Positions 13,541 through 26,475 are shown, numbered from the stretch's first letter. The stretch: DNA of 64,000 bases from Felis catus (GCF_018350175.1 NC_058373.1:114888001-114952000), one strand, 5' to 3'. Numbers and translations: made by a program. The notes: generated from the letters alone by a model not told the origin.

Positions 13541-13740
13541 GGTGCTGTTCAATAGAATAGCCATATTTGGCTACCTAAACTTAAATTAATTAAAATTAGG
13601 TAAAATTCAAATTTACTTCCTAAGTTGCACTAGCCACATTTCCAGAGCTCGGTAACCACGTGTGGCGACTGCTTACCATATTAAACAGTGCGGATACAGA
13701 ACATGACCATCATTGCAGAAAGTTCTATCGGACAGGCGGC
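13541..13740 (-). mobile_element. MER3-like hAT-Charlie MITE
   Basis: tagccacatttc...agaaagttctatcggacag resembles reverse-complement MER3. Confidence 0.7.
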
Positions 13741-14316
13741 ACTAGACAATCTGTTGCTAGGAGCTAGTGGGCAGAGTGGTTTTCCTATTTGGGGCCCAGA
13801 GTTCCAAAAAATGGATACAGCAGTTCCTTAGATCTTGGGAGTTGAGTGGAAGTCTGAAGGGAGCCAGGCATTTCTCCTTTAGGAAAATCACCTCAGGGCC
13901 TTTGCATTTGCTGTTCCCCCAGCTAGAATTCCCTTTCCCCAGATATCTCTCCATGAATCAGTCCTTCGTTCAGGTCAAATGTGACCTCATTAGGGAGTCT
14001 TTCCTGACTACCCTTACTAGAATAGCATGGATACCTTTCTTTCTTTTTTTTTTTTTTTTTTTTACTTTTCTTTTTAGCACTTTCCCCCTTCGACTAGCAG
14101 ATTATCCTTTTATTGATTTATCTTTGTAGTCTCTGTCTTTCCCAGTAGATTGAAACTCAATGAGGACAGGGGCCTGTCTCATTCTGAGTGAAAGAACGAC
14201 TGTTCTATGAGCTGGGCTCTGATCAAGGGAGACACCAAGGGCTGGCAGAGTGAGGGAGCAGCCACCGCCAGCGGGCTCTGCCCAGAGCTCTGTCCTCACC
14301 CTGCTTTGTCCCTTAG

Positions 14317-14401
14317 GATTTGACTGGAGCCTGCATTTCAAGTGGGAGCAGATCCCTCTTGAGCAGAAGATTGCCAGGACCGACCCCACCAAGCCCATAA
14401 G
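14317..14401 (+). CDS. GALNT16: GALNT16 coding exon 8
   Basis: cttag|...ATAAG|gtcagt; (G)[27 protein letters not shown]; 85 nt. Confidence 0.96.
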
Positions 14402-14698
14402 GTCAGTGCAGCTTTGGGCTCTGCAGAGACCCCATCCTTCCCTGGGTTGAGGGCCTGGGAGGCTGCTGGGGGGCCGTTTAGTTGCTGGTGCTCCTGCGGG
14501 TGCGCGATCTAAGTGCTGACTCGGTTCCGGGTCCCAGGGACAGAGAGGACAGAGGCCAGGGAGCTGGCCAGATATCCTGCCCCTGTGACTCTGCAAGCAG
14601 GTGATTGCGGGGCAAATGGCCCGGGGTTCTGGAACCATCTAGAAGGGCTCCCAGCTTCTCCAGCTCATGCATTGCCTCTCTCCTCTCCTTGCTCCTAG

Positions 14699-14802
14699 GA
14701 CGCCCGTCATAGCTGGGGGAATCTTCGTGATCGACAAGTCCTGGTTTAACCATTTGGGAAAGTATGATGCCCAGATGGACATCTGGGGGGGAGAGAATTT
14801 TG
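14699..14802 (+). CDS. GALNT16: GALNT16 coding exon 9 (Gal/GalNAc-T motif WGGEN)
   Basis: cctag|...TTTG|gtaag; (R)[34 protein letters not shown]; 104 nt. Confidence 0.97.
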
Positions 14803-15321
14803 GTAAGTTGGAAAATAACAATAGCAATAATAACAATAGATAACCCGCTCGAACACTTTCTATGCACAAGGCCCTGTTCTAAACATGTATTAATGTGTTT
14901 CATCCTCACAACCTCACAACAATCTGAGGTAAGTACTATTTTATCTCCATTTTACTGATAAAGAAACTGAGAGAGAGGTTAAGTAATTTGTCCAGAGCCA
15001 CACAGCTAGCAGCCAGAGAGATTTAGGTGGTCAGGGGGAGACTGTGGCCGCATGGCTAGACGTGTGTGAAAGAACATACAGACTTGTAGCCTGGACTGCA
15101 GCTTAAACACGCGGCAGCTTCTCTTCCAGAAGAGCCGGGCGGGGGCAGAGTGGACTTTGGTGGTCAAATGTAAGTAATGGGGTCAGATGGCCTGGGTACA
15201 AATACTGGCCCTACTACCTGTGAGCTGTTTGGCCCTGGACAAGTTAAAGCCTCCCTAAGTCTGTTTCCTCAAGAGGCCGGTATGAATACTAAATGAGAGA
15301 TGAGTTAAAAATGTTTGGTGT

Positions 15322-15549
15322 GGGGGCGCCTGGGTGGCTCAGTCGGTTGAGCGACCGACTTTGGCTCAGGTCATGATCTCACGGTCCGTGGGTTCGAGCC
15401 CCACGTCGGGCTCGGTGCTGACAGCTCAGAGCCTGGAGCCTGTTTTGGATTCTGTGTCTTCCTCTCTCTCTGCCCCTCCCCCACTCGTACTCTGTCTCTC
15501 TCTCAAAAATAAAGAAATGTTAAAAAAAAAAAAAGAGATTAAAAAAATA
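15322..15549 (+). mobile_element. Can-SINE
   Basis: Full head/linker/A tail; degenerate TSD aaaaatgtttggtgtg/aaaaatatatggcgtg. Confidence 0.93.
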
Positions 15550-17050
15550 TATGGCGTGGTGCTGGCAGCCATTATCATTACTTTTGGGGCCATGGGAGCC
15601 CTCTCGCTCCAGCAGGAAAGGCAGGAGCCCAGCAAACCCCCAGGGTCACCCGTGAGGTTCAGTTAGATAAAGGCCCAGGACAGATGGAACACCCAACATG
15701 GGTAATTCAAGGGGGGTTACTAAAAAGCCAGTTCACACAGTGCAGGCAAGATACAGACAGCCGCAGGGACAGTACTAGGCTGGGCTGGTGGCTGCTGTGA
15801 AGTGTAGCCACCCCAGGTCTGAAAGTCGGGGAAGGGGTGCCCTCTGACAGGAGCTGTGGTCTCGGGGCACCTGTAGCCAACCCACAGCACCGAGGTAGGG
15901 GGCGTGGGGGGATGAACACCCACCCTCACTCTCCCCTCTCCTCGCTCTGACCGACCCTGCCAGCCCACAAGATGGGAGCCTGGTGGTGCGGCCCACACGG
16001 CAGGGAGTGGGGTGAAGGATGGGGAGTGAGTGCTCAGGGGTTTCCAGTTCTTGCTCCTGTGGTGACCCAGTCCTTTGCAGAGCCCTCTGTTTCCTTCTTC
16101 ATCCTGACCGGGTTTCTTGCAAAGTAAATATGGCTGGTGGTATTGCACCCATTTGCCAGGTGGGAAAACTGAGGTGGACGCCGCCTTCCAGATTTCAGTC
16201 AGGATGCTCCACGTCTGACAGGGGTATGGAGTGCCTCTACCAGAGCCCTTTAAATGTGAGGTGTGATCAAAGGAAATGCTGGGTTTCTGAGAGGTGAGGA
16301 GGGGGTCTTCCTTCGCTCTCCCTGGTCAGGACACGGATGAGCAGCGGGGCTTACAACAGGCCTGATCCCAACTCAAAACCAACTGGAGTGGAAACAGGCG
16401 TGGAATGTTCTCCCCTTTGTAACTTACTCTTGGAAACCGTTTCCAGACAGGCCTTTAGAGGAGTAAATTCTGGGAACTAGGGTGCGTTGACCCTTCCGTT
16501 CTGACCTCCTTTGCACATGTTTTTGGCTCAAGTGGCCTCCTGTGTGTTCCTGGGAGCTTTGGCAAAGCCAGTTTCCTGCAAAGATTCTGAGGACTAGGAA
16601 ACTAATGGTCTCTCCTGCATCCAGGAGCCTTTTTCTTTTGTCTTTTTTTTCTTTTCTTTTTTTTAAGGCTGGTGATTGACAGAGAAACAAGTGACTGATC
16701 AAATAGCTAACTTCAAACTCTGCCTGAGGCAAGGGCTCAGTGGTTGGGGAACTTGAAAGGTGAACCACAGAGTGTTTCTGGGAAGGGTTTTGTTTCTTAG
16801 AAGAAATTCAAAGAAATTTCTAGGCTAGCCATGGTGCTCACATGTTCAGCTGCTGGGAGCAGTTTTGAGCCAGGAGAGGCCTGCCGCTGGTGGGTTTGGG
16901 CCTTTTGTTTTATTCCTTTGTTGAAGGAAGGGAAATGTCCAAACTGAGACTCATTCCCGCGTCCTCAGAGAGCCAAACTCAGAGCCCAGAGGCCACCGTA
17001 AGGGCAGGCGACAAACATGAAAACCTTGGGATTCCCATTAGAGAGCCTTT

Positions 17051-17205
17051 CATTATTTTTTTCTTTTTTTTTTTTTAATATGAAATTTATTGTCAAATTG
17101 GTTTCCATACAACACCCAGTGCTCATCCCAACAGGTGCCCTCCTCAATGCCCATCACCCACTCTCCCTCCCTCCCACCCCCCATCAACCCTCAGTGTATT
17201 CTCAG
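17051..17205 (-). mobile_element. 5'-truncated carnivore/felid L1 3' end
   Basis: Poly-T then aatttattgtcaaattggtttccatacaacacccagtgctcatccc, the reverse of a felid L1 terminus; flanked by TSD. Confidence 0.85.
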
Positions 17206-17220
17206 TTAGAGATCCTTTTA

Positions 17221-17443
17221 TTTTTTTTATTTATTTTTTTAACGTTTATTCATTTTAGACACACAGAGAGACAGAGCATGAATGGGGGAAGGTCAGAGAG
17301 AGAGGGAGACACAGAATCTGAAACAGGCTCCAGGCTCTGAGCCATCAGCCCAGAGCCCGACGCGGGGCTCGAACTCCCGGACCACGAGATCACGACCTGA
17401 GCCGAAGTCAGTCGCCCAACCGACTGAGCCACCCAGGCGCCCC
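17221..17443 (-). mobile_element. Young Can-SINE
   Basis: CpG-rich, near-consensus; TSD tagagatcctttta. Confidence 0.94.
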
Positions 17444-18211
17444 TAGAGATCCTTTTAAAAGACAGTCCCATCAAGCCAATCCCCTGCTCCTCTGCTCGTG
17501 ACCCTGCAAGGACTCCCTCAACACTGACAGCAAAACCCAAAGTCCTCGTGCCTTGGGTCCTTCCCCCACAGCACACTATCAGCTCTGCCCACGTCTCCTG
17601 CCTCTCTCACCCGGCCTCACTCCACTCCAGCAGCTAGCCCTGCCAGGCCTCTTTGCCACCACCTGCAACTTGCCATGCCTGGGACTTACCGCCTACTCTA
17701 GCCTCTACTTCTTTTCCCTTGCTGGTCCCTCTGCCTGGAATGCTTGTCCCCTAAAAGCCACACGACTGGCTTCCTCCCCTCCTTCAGGACTTAGCTCAAA
17801 TGTCCCCTTCTGAGTGATAACTTCCCAGTCAGTCTAATTAAAACTGTAGCCCCCCCCCAACAGCTCCCCCTTCTTCAGCCCCACCTGCTTCCTTTGTCTC
17901 CATTGTACTTACTACCGCCAGATAGACTACGTATTTTACTCATTTTCTGGTCTACTTGTTGTTTTCTTTCTTATTTTAGTGAGTCCCTGTCTCCTACCCA
18001 TCAGTGTAAGGATTCTAGAACAGCATACAACACATAATGAACAGGTTCCCGATAAAATTTTACTGAAAGAACGAAAGAATCTGGTTCAAACAGTGCAGCT
18101 TGCTGGAAAAAATGTGAACTTGACATTGTAATTCTGCAGCAGAGTGTTTGGGTGATCTTGGAGAGGTTAAGATGTTTGAGCTTCCCAGTCCTGATTAGGA
18201 ACATGGGGATA

Positions 18212-18345
18212 GGGATGCCTGGATGGCTCAGTTGGTAGAGCATGTGACTCTGGATCTCAGGGTCATGAGTTTAAGCCCCACGTTGGGTATGGAGCCTACT
18301 TAAAAAGAATAAATAAATTTACAAAAATAAAACAAACAAAAAGCC
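18212..18345 (+). mobile_element. Short older Can-SINE within a MIR-like remnant
   Basis: tggctcagttggtagagcatgtgactct head, A-rich tail, TSD catggggata. Confidence 0.85.
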
Positions 18346-19126
18346 CATGGGGATAATAATACTAGCTTCATCTGCTTGCTGTGAGAATTAGACCTGGCAT
18401 GGCACATAGCAAGTGCTCAGTAAATGGGTGATGCTTACTGTTCGTTACCGCCTTGTGGATAATGACAATAACAGCATGGACAGTATGGCCTGGTGGGATG
18501 AAGTGACTTAACTAGCATAACCAAGCTAGTCTGGCAGAAATGGAACTAGAAAGTAACTCCTCTGTCCCCCAGATCTGCCCCTAGTTCTAAATCTCAGTTG
18601 TTGAACCAGTTGCAAAGCTCATCCCGGGAGAAGGGACACAAGCCCGGCAGTCTGCAGGCCTACCTAGGAAGCCCATTAGCATACCCGACCATGAGCATGG
18701 GTCCGGATATGCCACATGTCTAGTCCTCACCCCTGGCCTGTGTCTGGAAGCTGCCTGCTGCACACAGTGTAGCCAGAGGTGGGTGTTAGTCTCAGCGAGG
18801 GGGCTTGGGCCCTGACCATCTGTGCCAGGTGAGAACCCCCAGACCTGGCCAGGGACCAGTATCTGTATGGCCAACTGGGGAGTGGGAGATGGACCAAGGC
18901 TAGAGCTCATGAGAAAACGGTCTTCCTTTTTTTCAATTAAAAACAAACAAACAAAAAAGGATTGTGTATTTTCTGGGACAGGAAAGAGGTGTTTTAATGT
19001 TACAGGGTGCCCACCTGCAGGGTTAATATGAAAGAGTAATCAGAAGAGATGATGTGAGGTTCAGCAAGCTGCCAAGATGGGTCCTTGCCAGAAGTGACGA
19101 CTGTTGAGTATAGAGTAGAGTAGGCA

Positions 19127-19343
19127 GGGGCGCCTCAGTGGCTCAGTCGGTTAAGCGTCCGACTTCAGCTCAGGTCATGATCTCACTGTTGGTGGGTTCG
19201 AGCCCCGCGTCGGGCTCTGTGCTGACGGCTCAGAGCCTAGAGCCTGCTTCCGGTTCTGTGTCTCCCTCTCTCTCTGCCCCTCCCCCATTCACACTCTGTC
19301 TCTCCGTGTCTCTTGAAACTAAAATAAATGTTAAAAAAAAAAA
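19127..19343 (+). mobile_element. Can-SINE
   Basis: Full element with A tail. Confidence 0.92.
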
Positions 19344-19747
19344 TTTGAGAATAGAGCAGGCAGCTTGTGCTGTTCCCTTCCGGGAAGCAGAATGGCCACC
19401 TTCTTGCATCTCTCAGCACTAAGAGGGACCACAGTCACCTGCAGAAGCTCATTCAGCATCCCAACCACTATCAAACAGAAGTGTGTCTCAAGAGGGCCAG
19501 TGGTAGCCTGTGCATGGAGACCACCTACACCAAGAGGGAGGTCCGGGGCCAGAAAGAGTGGCCCGTGACCTGATTGGTGGTGGGTTTCCCAGCCTCATGG
19601 GTGTCTAGGACTGACTGACGAGCAAATGCATTCTTCCTTAGCAATGTCTGGATGGGGCTTTGTAGTCAGAGGCTGGAAATGATGCTGCATTTGATTCGGT
19701 TTTCCTTCTGCTCATGGTCTTGGTGTTCCTTCAAAGCTTTCCCACCT

Positions 19748-19871
19748 GGGCACCTGGGTGGCTCAGTCTGTTGAGCCTCCAACTCTTGATTTCAGCTTGG
19801 GTCATGATCCCGGGGTCATGGGATCGAGCCCTGAGTTGGGCTTCACCCTGAATGTGGAGCCTGCTTAGGAT

Positions 19872-19917
<46 letters not shown>

Positions 19918-19942
19918 AAAAAAAATAAAACAAAACAAAAAA
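19748..19942 (+). mobile_element. Can-SINE with expanded (CT)n
   Basis: Head, (CT)n at ~19877-19912, A-rich tail. Confidence 0.9.
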
Positions 19943-19974
19943 CCTTTCCTCTCCTAGGGCTCAGATACGGGCAG

Positions 19975-20180
19975 TGTGTATGGGGAGCATGTAGGGAGGG
20001 TGTGTATGTGTGGTAGGTATGGAGGGGACGTGTGTGGAGGGTGTGTGTTTGCGGTGTGTGTGGAGGGGGGAATGTGGGTCAAAGGGGTGTATATGGAGGG
20101 TATGTGTGTGTGTGGTGTGGGTAGAGGGGGTGTGTGTGGAGGGGGCGTGTGTGTGCTGGGGGGGCGGGGGTATGTACATG
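19975..20180. repeat. G/T-rich degenerate tandem repeat
   Basis: Repeated (GT)n-GGAGGG(G) units. Confidence 0.8.
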
Positions 20181-20367
20181 CACGGAGCGAGCGGTCAGGA
20201 ACATGTTCAAGGTTGGGCATACCGCATGTAAATGGCCCCAGGAACCCTGAGCCCAGCACATGCCTTCAAAGAGACACCAAAGGCAAGGGAGGCTAGCTCC
20301 TCCCGGCCTTCACTCAGTGGGGACCTGCCAGGGGCTCTTCCCTCCTGACGGCTGCCATTTCCTGCAG

Positions 20368-20494
20368 AGCTCTCCTTCAGGGTGTGGATGTGCGGTGGGA
20401 GCTTGGAGATCGTGCCCTGCAGCCGGGTGGGCCACGTCTTCAGGAAACGGCACCCCTACAACTTCCCTGAGGGCAATGCCCTCACCTACATCAG
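20368..20494 (+). CDS. GALNT16: GALNT16 coding exon 10
   Basis: tgcag|...ATCAG|gtagg; (E)[41 protein letters not shown]; 127 nt. Confidence 0.97.
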
Positions 20495-21764
20495 GTAGGT
20501 CACAGTGCAAAGGGCACCAGGCTAGGAGCTAAGACACCTGGCTTCTAGACCCCAGCCCAGTCAGTTACTCCTGTGACTCTGGGCAGCCACCCCACCTCTC
20601 TGGGCCTCAGTTTCCCCATCTGTTCCCTCCAATTCTGGGATTTCAGGTACTTTCAAAGGTGGAAGGATGAAACCGAGTGTGGACGCCAGGCCTCCCTTGT
20701 CTTGACTCTCTTTGCCCGGGAGTATATTGGAAAACTGGCCCAATGCCTACCTGGGAGCTGCCCTCCACTCACTGGGCCCCAAGTTCTGGTCATGGATGCC
20801 ATGTCCTGACCCTGACTTGGTCAGCATCTGCCCACCCATGTCCCCAGCCCCAGGATGTACTTGGTCTTGAGGGGGAGTGGGCAAGGTCCTAGAGACCAGC
20901 CATCACCCGCTCTCCTGGAGGGGGTGGAAGGGGAGGCGGGGAAGAGTGTCATGAGCACCCTCTTTGAGGACAGTTTTTTGGCTTGTCAGGCCCGTGCTCC
21001 CTTGTTTGTAGCAGTGGCTCCCCAGTGTAGCTAACCGAATGGCTTAATATTTCGGTTTGCTTCTCCCCCACCCCTTTTGTGTTGTCTCTATAATGATAAA
21101 AGTAACACATGTTCACCGTAAAATGCAAGATATTATATATACATATCTGTCCACACATGTGCTTTTACTCTTTATGTCACATGTGGAGAAAAAAGCAAAA
21201 GTCCCTTTTACCCAGTCTGACTCCTATCCCCCTTGGCTCTCTCGAAGTAACTACTGGGTATAGATTTCTGGTCTCTCATTTCGGCCCTTTGACTCATTTT
21301 CATGCACGTACTTTAGGTGGAGGGAAGCACACATACCACAACTTTGTGTTTTACGTACATAGGGTCAAGCTGTGTGTTCTTTCTGCAATGTGCTTTCCTG
21401 CTGCTCACACTAAATTCTAGACATCCTTCCATGGCACGTACTCCATCCTGGAGAAGTAGGGGTCACTATGCTCCTATTGGTAGGCATTTAGGTTGCCACC
21501 CATGTCTTACTAAACAAATATTTGGTACATGTCCTTTTGCCCCCATGTAGGTATTTTGGCAGAACAGATGCCTCAAGTGGAGTGTCAGGGAGCATACAGA
21601 CACGAGCTGATGGACGTTGACAGATTACGTAGTCATTTATACCCTCAGTATTATTTCATGCACACTCCTGAGATCCTCAACACCCTGTGCTGCGCAGAGC
21701 TGATCTTGATCCTAACTCTGTGACCACCCTGGTGACTTCGTTTTGCTCCTTCCTCCCCTCTTAG

Positions 21765-21857
21765 GAATACCAAGCGCACTGCAGAAGTGTGGATGGATGA
21801 ATACAAGCAGTATTACTATGAGGCCCGGCCCTCGGCCATCGGAAAGGCCTTTGGCAG
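21765..21857 (+). CDS. GALNT16: GALNT16 coding exon 11
   Basis: cttag|...GGCAG|gtgggc; (R)[30 protein letters not shown]; 93 nt. Confidence 0.96.
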
Positions 21858-22249
21858 GTGGGCCCCCTCGACCAGCCCCGGTTTGCCTCCCTCCGCCCAC
21901 GTTAGCACAGCCATAGCAAAACACAAACTGTGGACGCCAGGGAAGAACTCACTGTCTCCTCGGCAACTGAGCCCCTCCCCACTGGGCTCTTGGGAGTCGG
22001 GGGATATGGTAGGATATGCAACGTGAGATAGGACTGGGTTCTTGAGGAGCATGCAGCCTCTTGGGGAGAAATAAGCAGAGAGGGCTCGCTTACGAAGAGC
22101 TGCCCGTTCACAAGCTGCCTGCAGGAAAAAGGACATCTGTGGGAGTACTTAGTGCCCTGCCCGACTGTCTGCGGAAAACACTTGGGGTTTTGCCGCCACC
22201 CCCCGCCGTTAGCCTGTTTTCCTGTCCTGGACTCGTGTGACTACCGTCT

Positions 22250-22530
22250 AGTTAAGCATTTTCAAAATGTAGATTGGTTATAAAATCGATTTCGTGGGTC
22301 GTGACAGTCATTTAAAAAAAAAATGATAGACCTAGAACACTATAGATTAGTACAGAGCAGACTAGAAAATAGCACTTGATTGCAGTTAAGGCTAAGTAGT
22401 GTTCGGTGAAATTTATTTCAGTTATATGCGCGTGTGTGTTTAGCCGTATTTGCACATGGGAATACTCGATCACAGTATAAGATGTATTTATTTCTTACTT
22501 AAGGTTGTGGTCAGAAGACTGAAAACATTA
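22250..22530 (+). mobile_element. hAT-Charlie-type DNA transposon remnant
   Basis: gtgggtcgtgac...ttcagttatatg...tttcttactt...gtggtca resembles Charlie-family MITEs; subfamily not assigned. Confidence 0.5.
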
Positions 22531-22973
22531 GCAATCATCACTGAATCTTCTTGCCTCTGTTTACGCATACCTAGCCCTTTAAAAGAAAGGCTGTGTCACT
22601 ATTTCTGTTAGTGGCGAACTGATGTTTACTGACTAACTACGCTGTGGTAGGCTCTTATGCCCTCTTAATTCATTTGATTCTCCGAAAACCTTCCGAGATA
22701 GGTAGTCATGTCCCCAGTTTACCAGAGAAGAAACCGAGGCTCAGAGAGGCAGTGAAGGTCATCTGTCAGTGGCCATTCTGGTCAGTGAAGCTGAGGAAGC
22801 TGGGGAGATCAAACTGTGGACCCATGGGCACATCGGAGGGTTCTTATTTGCCAAAATTCCCCAAAGATGTCGTGCTTGTCTTATTTGACCCTTTCTGCTA
22901 AAACTGGAATGCAGGAAAGGAAAGCTTGGAGTTCACTGAGGCTCTGCTCTCTGTGAAAATAAGGACTAGGGAG

Positions 22974-23196
22974 GGGGCACCTGGTGGCTCAGTCACTTAG
23001 GCATCTGATTCTTGATCTCGGCTTTGGTCATGATCTCACAGTTCATAAGATTGAGTCCTGCATCAGGCTCAGAGCTGTTAGATTCTCTCTCTGAGCTGGG
23101 ATTCTCTCTCCTTCTCTCTCTCTCTCTCTCTGCCCTTTCCCTGCTCATGCACTCTCTCAAAGTAAATACATTAATAAACTTAAAAAAAAAAACCCA
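22974..23196 (+). mobile_element. Can-SINE
   Basis: TSD aaggactagggag on both sides. Confidence 0.9.
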
Positions 23197-23487
23197 AAGG
23201 ACTAGGGAGTGCTGAGGTGTCGAGGAGTGAGAAGCCAGGGTAAAGCAGGACCCTCCGTGGGCTGCCCTGATCCTGCAAAGTGAGTGGGAACTTGAGGAAA
23301 GAAATGAGGAATCGCCAGGATACTTGGAGTGACCTTGCAGGTTGCAGAATGATTTATGGCTGGAGGGCAGGCTTGGACAGCCGTTGGTCCTGCCCAGCCT
23401 GGGGGTAGGCGGACAGAGGGGGCTGGCCTCCTGGGGCTTCCTCCCTGGGCCCCCTTGCCAAAGCCTGAGCCTTTCTTACTGTTTCAG

Positions 23488-23571
23488 TGTAGCCACACGG
23501 ATCGAGCAGAGGAAGAAGATGAACTGTAAGTCCTTCCGCTGGTACCTGGATAACGTCTACCCAGAGCTCAC
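23488..23571 (+). CDS. GALNT16: GALNT16 coding exon 12
   Basis: ttcag|...CTCAC|gtgag; (S)[27 protein letters not shown], end of catalytic domain; 84 nt. Confidence 0.96.
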
Positions 23572-24167
23572 GTGAGTGTAGCCCTCAGCTGGTACACCCA
23601 GCCTGGGTGGGGCCAGCAGCTAGCTTGGGGGACCCACACCCTGAGATCTCCTCATCGCGGGCAGTCTGGCTCTTTCTAGCTCTCAGTGTGTATCTTCACA
23701 CGAAGGCTCTGGGGGAATAGGAAGGACACCGCTGGGAGTTAAAAGTGAGATGTGGTAGGAGCCAAACTTTTAACAGACTGGGTCATAGCGCCAGAGATGG
23801 GCTTTGTCCCCATAGGAAAACAACTCTGCATTACGTAGCAAAAGCCACAGAAATAAAGATTCATCCCCTTCGACTCTGTTCCCTCCCTTCTGGGAGTTTA
23901 TCCTAAGGAAATAAGAACAACCAAAGCAAAAAAAAAAACAAAAAAAAAACTATTGACAAGCAGATGTTTGGTTGTAGGCTTCTCTGCTGCTGTGAAAAAT
24001 CGAGAGACAGCTAATAATAGGGGATTGGTTTACTGAGTCCCAATTCCTGGGTCTAAACAAATACTATGCGTCCATTAAGACTACAACCATAAAGACTGGC
24101 AAATGTTTGCTCTGATAGACTCAAGGCAGAATGCAAATGGTGTGCCCGCTCGAGCCCTAGGGCATCT

Positions 24168-24168
<1 letters not shown>

Positions 24169-24200
<32 letters not shown>
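24169..24200. repeat. (TG)n microsatellite
   Basis: Pure TG run. Confidence 0.95.
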
Positions 24201-24201
<1 letters not shown>

Positions 24202-24943
24202 ACGAGCTGAGCTCCCAGATTGTGGGTGAAGCTGTAAGGCAGGGGTGGGGCAGTGAGGATTCCTTTTTTCTCATTGCAAACTCCTTTCCAGCAGCTTAAC
24301 TACATCCATATGGCTCATGTCCTCACCTCCTTCAGGTCTTGACTCCAATGTCCCCTTCTGAGGGACACCTCCCCGAACAGTCTCTGTTTGAAGACCGCCC
24401 CTCCCCCCAGCACCCCCTGCCTAGTTCACCCTTATCACCATCCAGTGCCTGTGTGGCCGGTTAATTTTGTCGTCGCCTCCCTACATGTGACAGTAAGCTC
24501 CATGAGGGTAGAGGTGTGCATCTGCCTGTTCACTGCTTTAGCTCCAGCCCCTAGGACAGTGTCTGTCACAAAACTGACACTCAGCTCGATAAATATTTTT
24601 AATTGAATAAATTGCATGGTTAATAAGCCTCAATAGTAATAACTTGGAAATTAGCATTCTCCCTTCTATATAACTGTCACCTTAGGGAACGGGTTATTCC
24701 ATTACTGCCAGCTTTCTCCCAAGGATGCTGCTTTGCTTTCCAGAACACTCCACCCCTCAGAGCCTGCATGTCCTTGAAAAAGGCAAGTTGTTGTTCTTTG
24801 AGTGCAGATTTGATTTTTGGAAAACAGCTGTATTAGGTGTCGCCAAGTCCAGTGAATAAGGTGATTTACCCCAGATAATGGATCCTGGGTCCCACACAGA
24901 GCATGACAAGGACTGAATCAAGTGTCAAGAATGAACTGATTCT

Positions 24944-25196
24944 GGGGCGCCTGGGTGGCTCAGTCAGTTAACTTTGTCGGTTAACTCAGTCGGTCCAACT
25001 TTGGCTCCAGTCATGATCTCGCGGTTTATGAGTTCGAGCCCCGTGTCGGGCTCTGTGCTGACAGCTCAGAGCCTGGACCCTGCTTCAGATTCTGTGTCTC
25101 CCTCTCTCTCTCTGCCCACCACCCCCACCCCCACCCCCAGCTCACACTCTGTCTCTCTCTCTCAAAAATAAATAAACATTAAAAAATGTTAAAAAA
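24944..25196 (+). mobile_element. Can-SINE
   Basis: Long TSD aagaatgaactgattctggg; duplicated A-box region. Confidence 0.93.
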
Positions 25197-26438
25197 AGAA
25201 TGAACTGATTCTGGGAGCAGATTTAAAAGAATTTGAAAACAATTTGAGCAACAGCAGCATCCTTGCAAAGGGTCGGCGGCCTAGAAAACCCAGCTCTCCC
25301 GACGATGGCTGTGAAGGGAAGAACATTAATTTATAAAAGTATAATAAATGAACCGCTTTTTCCAGTGGCCACTCTTAAGGGGAAAGTTTCATCCAGACGT
25401 ATCATTTCTGAGGGAAAAAGCACAGTCTTCCCTTTACCTCCTGTCAGGGTTCAGACAACACTGGGCTGGAGCCACGGGCTCTAGGCCTCGCGCAGGAGCT
25501 GGGAAGCCCATGGGATGCATCGGGGAGGAGCCGGAACGTGCCTTTCCTCCCCACGCCCGGTCCCCACACACATTCTCCCATGTCATCCCCGGAGGAGCAG
25601 GAGGAAGAAGGATTTTCTAACACTCAGAAAGCTGGATCCATCACAAGACAGAAGAGAGGCTGAAACCAGCCATGTTAAATGAGGAGCATGAGTCATCTGT
25701 TTGTTCTGGCTCTGCGGGGACGTTTTAAAAAGTAGTTTCATTGGTCAGATAGAAACTGCTCGCCTCCTTCCTGTCCAGGTTACTCATCCTCGGTCCGCTG
25801 TTCGCGTCCTGCCTCGGTTCTCAGGCTGAGGGGCCAGGAGCGCCTCGGGTTGGTTTGGAAGGCCATGTGTACGCCAGGGATACCAACGTTCCTCCAAGCA
25901 GGGGACCCTCGTGGTTGGGCCACACTTGCAGATGGTCAGTGGGGAGACCAAGGAGACCGAGGAGGCCGAGGGCAGCGGCCTGTGCTTTCCTAGGCCCGCC
26001 TGTAGTCCCAGCACAGCCCTGCCTGTCCCCTCTCGGATCCGAGCTCTGCAGCGGGCCTCAGCAATTGGTAATTTATGACTCTTATTAGGATGGTCAGGAG
26101 GAGTTGTACAACTGTTCACACCGCGTTTGCAAGGGTGCCAGTCACACAGTAGAGATTGTACATTTATTACAACACTTCCTGGCAGATGGTGGCAAAAGTC
26201 TTCCAACAAAACCAGTATATTATGACAGTTTTCTAACAGATGGAAGGGAAACGTCTTGAGGAAGGTACGCCTTTTGCTATTTCTGCAAGGGCATCTTAAG
26301 GGCTAATGGCAGCCCAGCTGGGAGGAGACCCACAGAGAGGGAAGCGGATGCTGACGTAGCTGAGCCTGGCTCGGCCAGGGAGCCGAGGAAGGGTGCTGAA
26401 TGGTGAAGGTGGCCATCCCAGCTGCTCCAGGGCTGTTA

Positions 26439-26473
<35 letters not shown>
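26439..26473. repeat. (CA)n microsatellite
   Basis: Pure CA run. Confidence 0.95.

Positions 26474-26475
<2 letters not shown>

Noticed and set aside
18212..18290. tRNA-Lys-like sequence with A and B boxes
   Set aside because: Head of a tRNA-derived SINE with A tail and TSD; acceptor stem not intact, so not called a tRNA gene.
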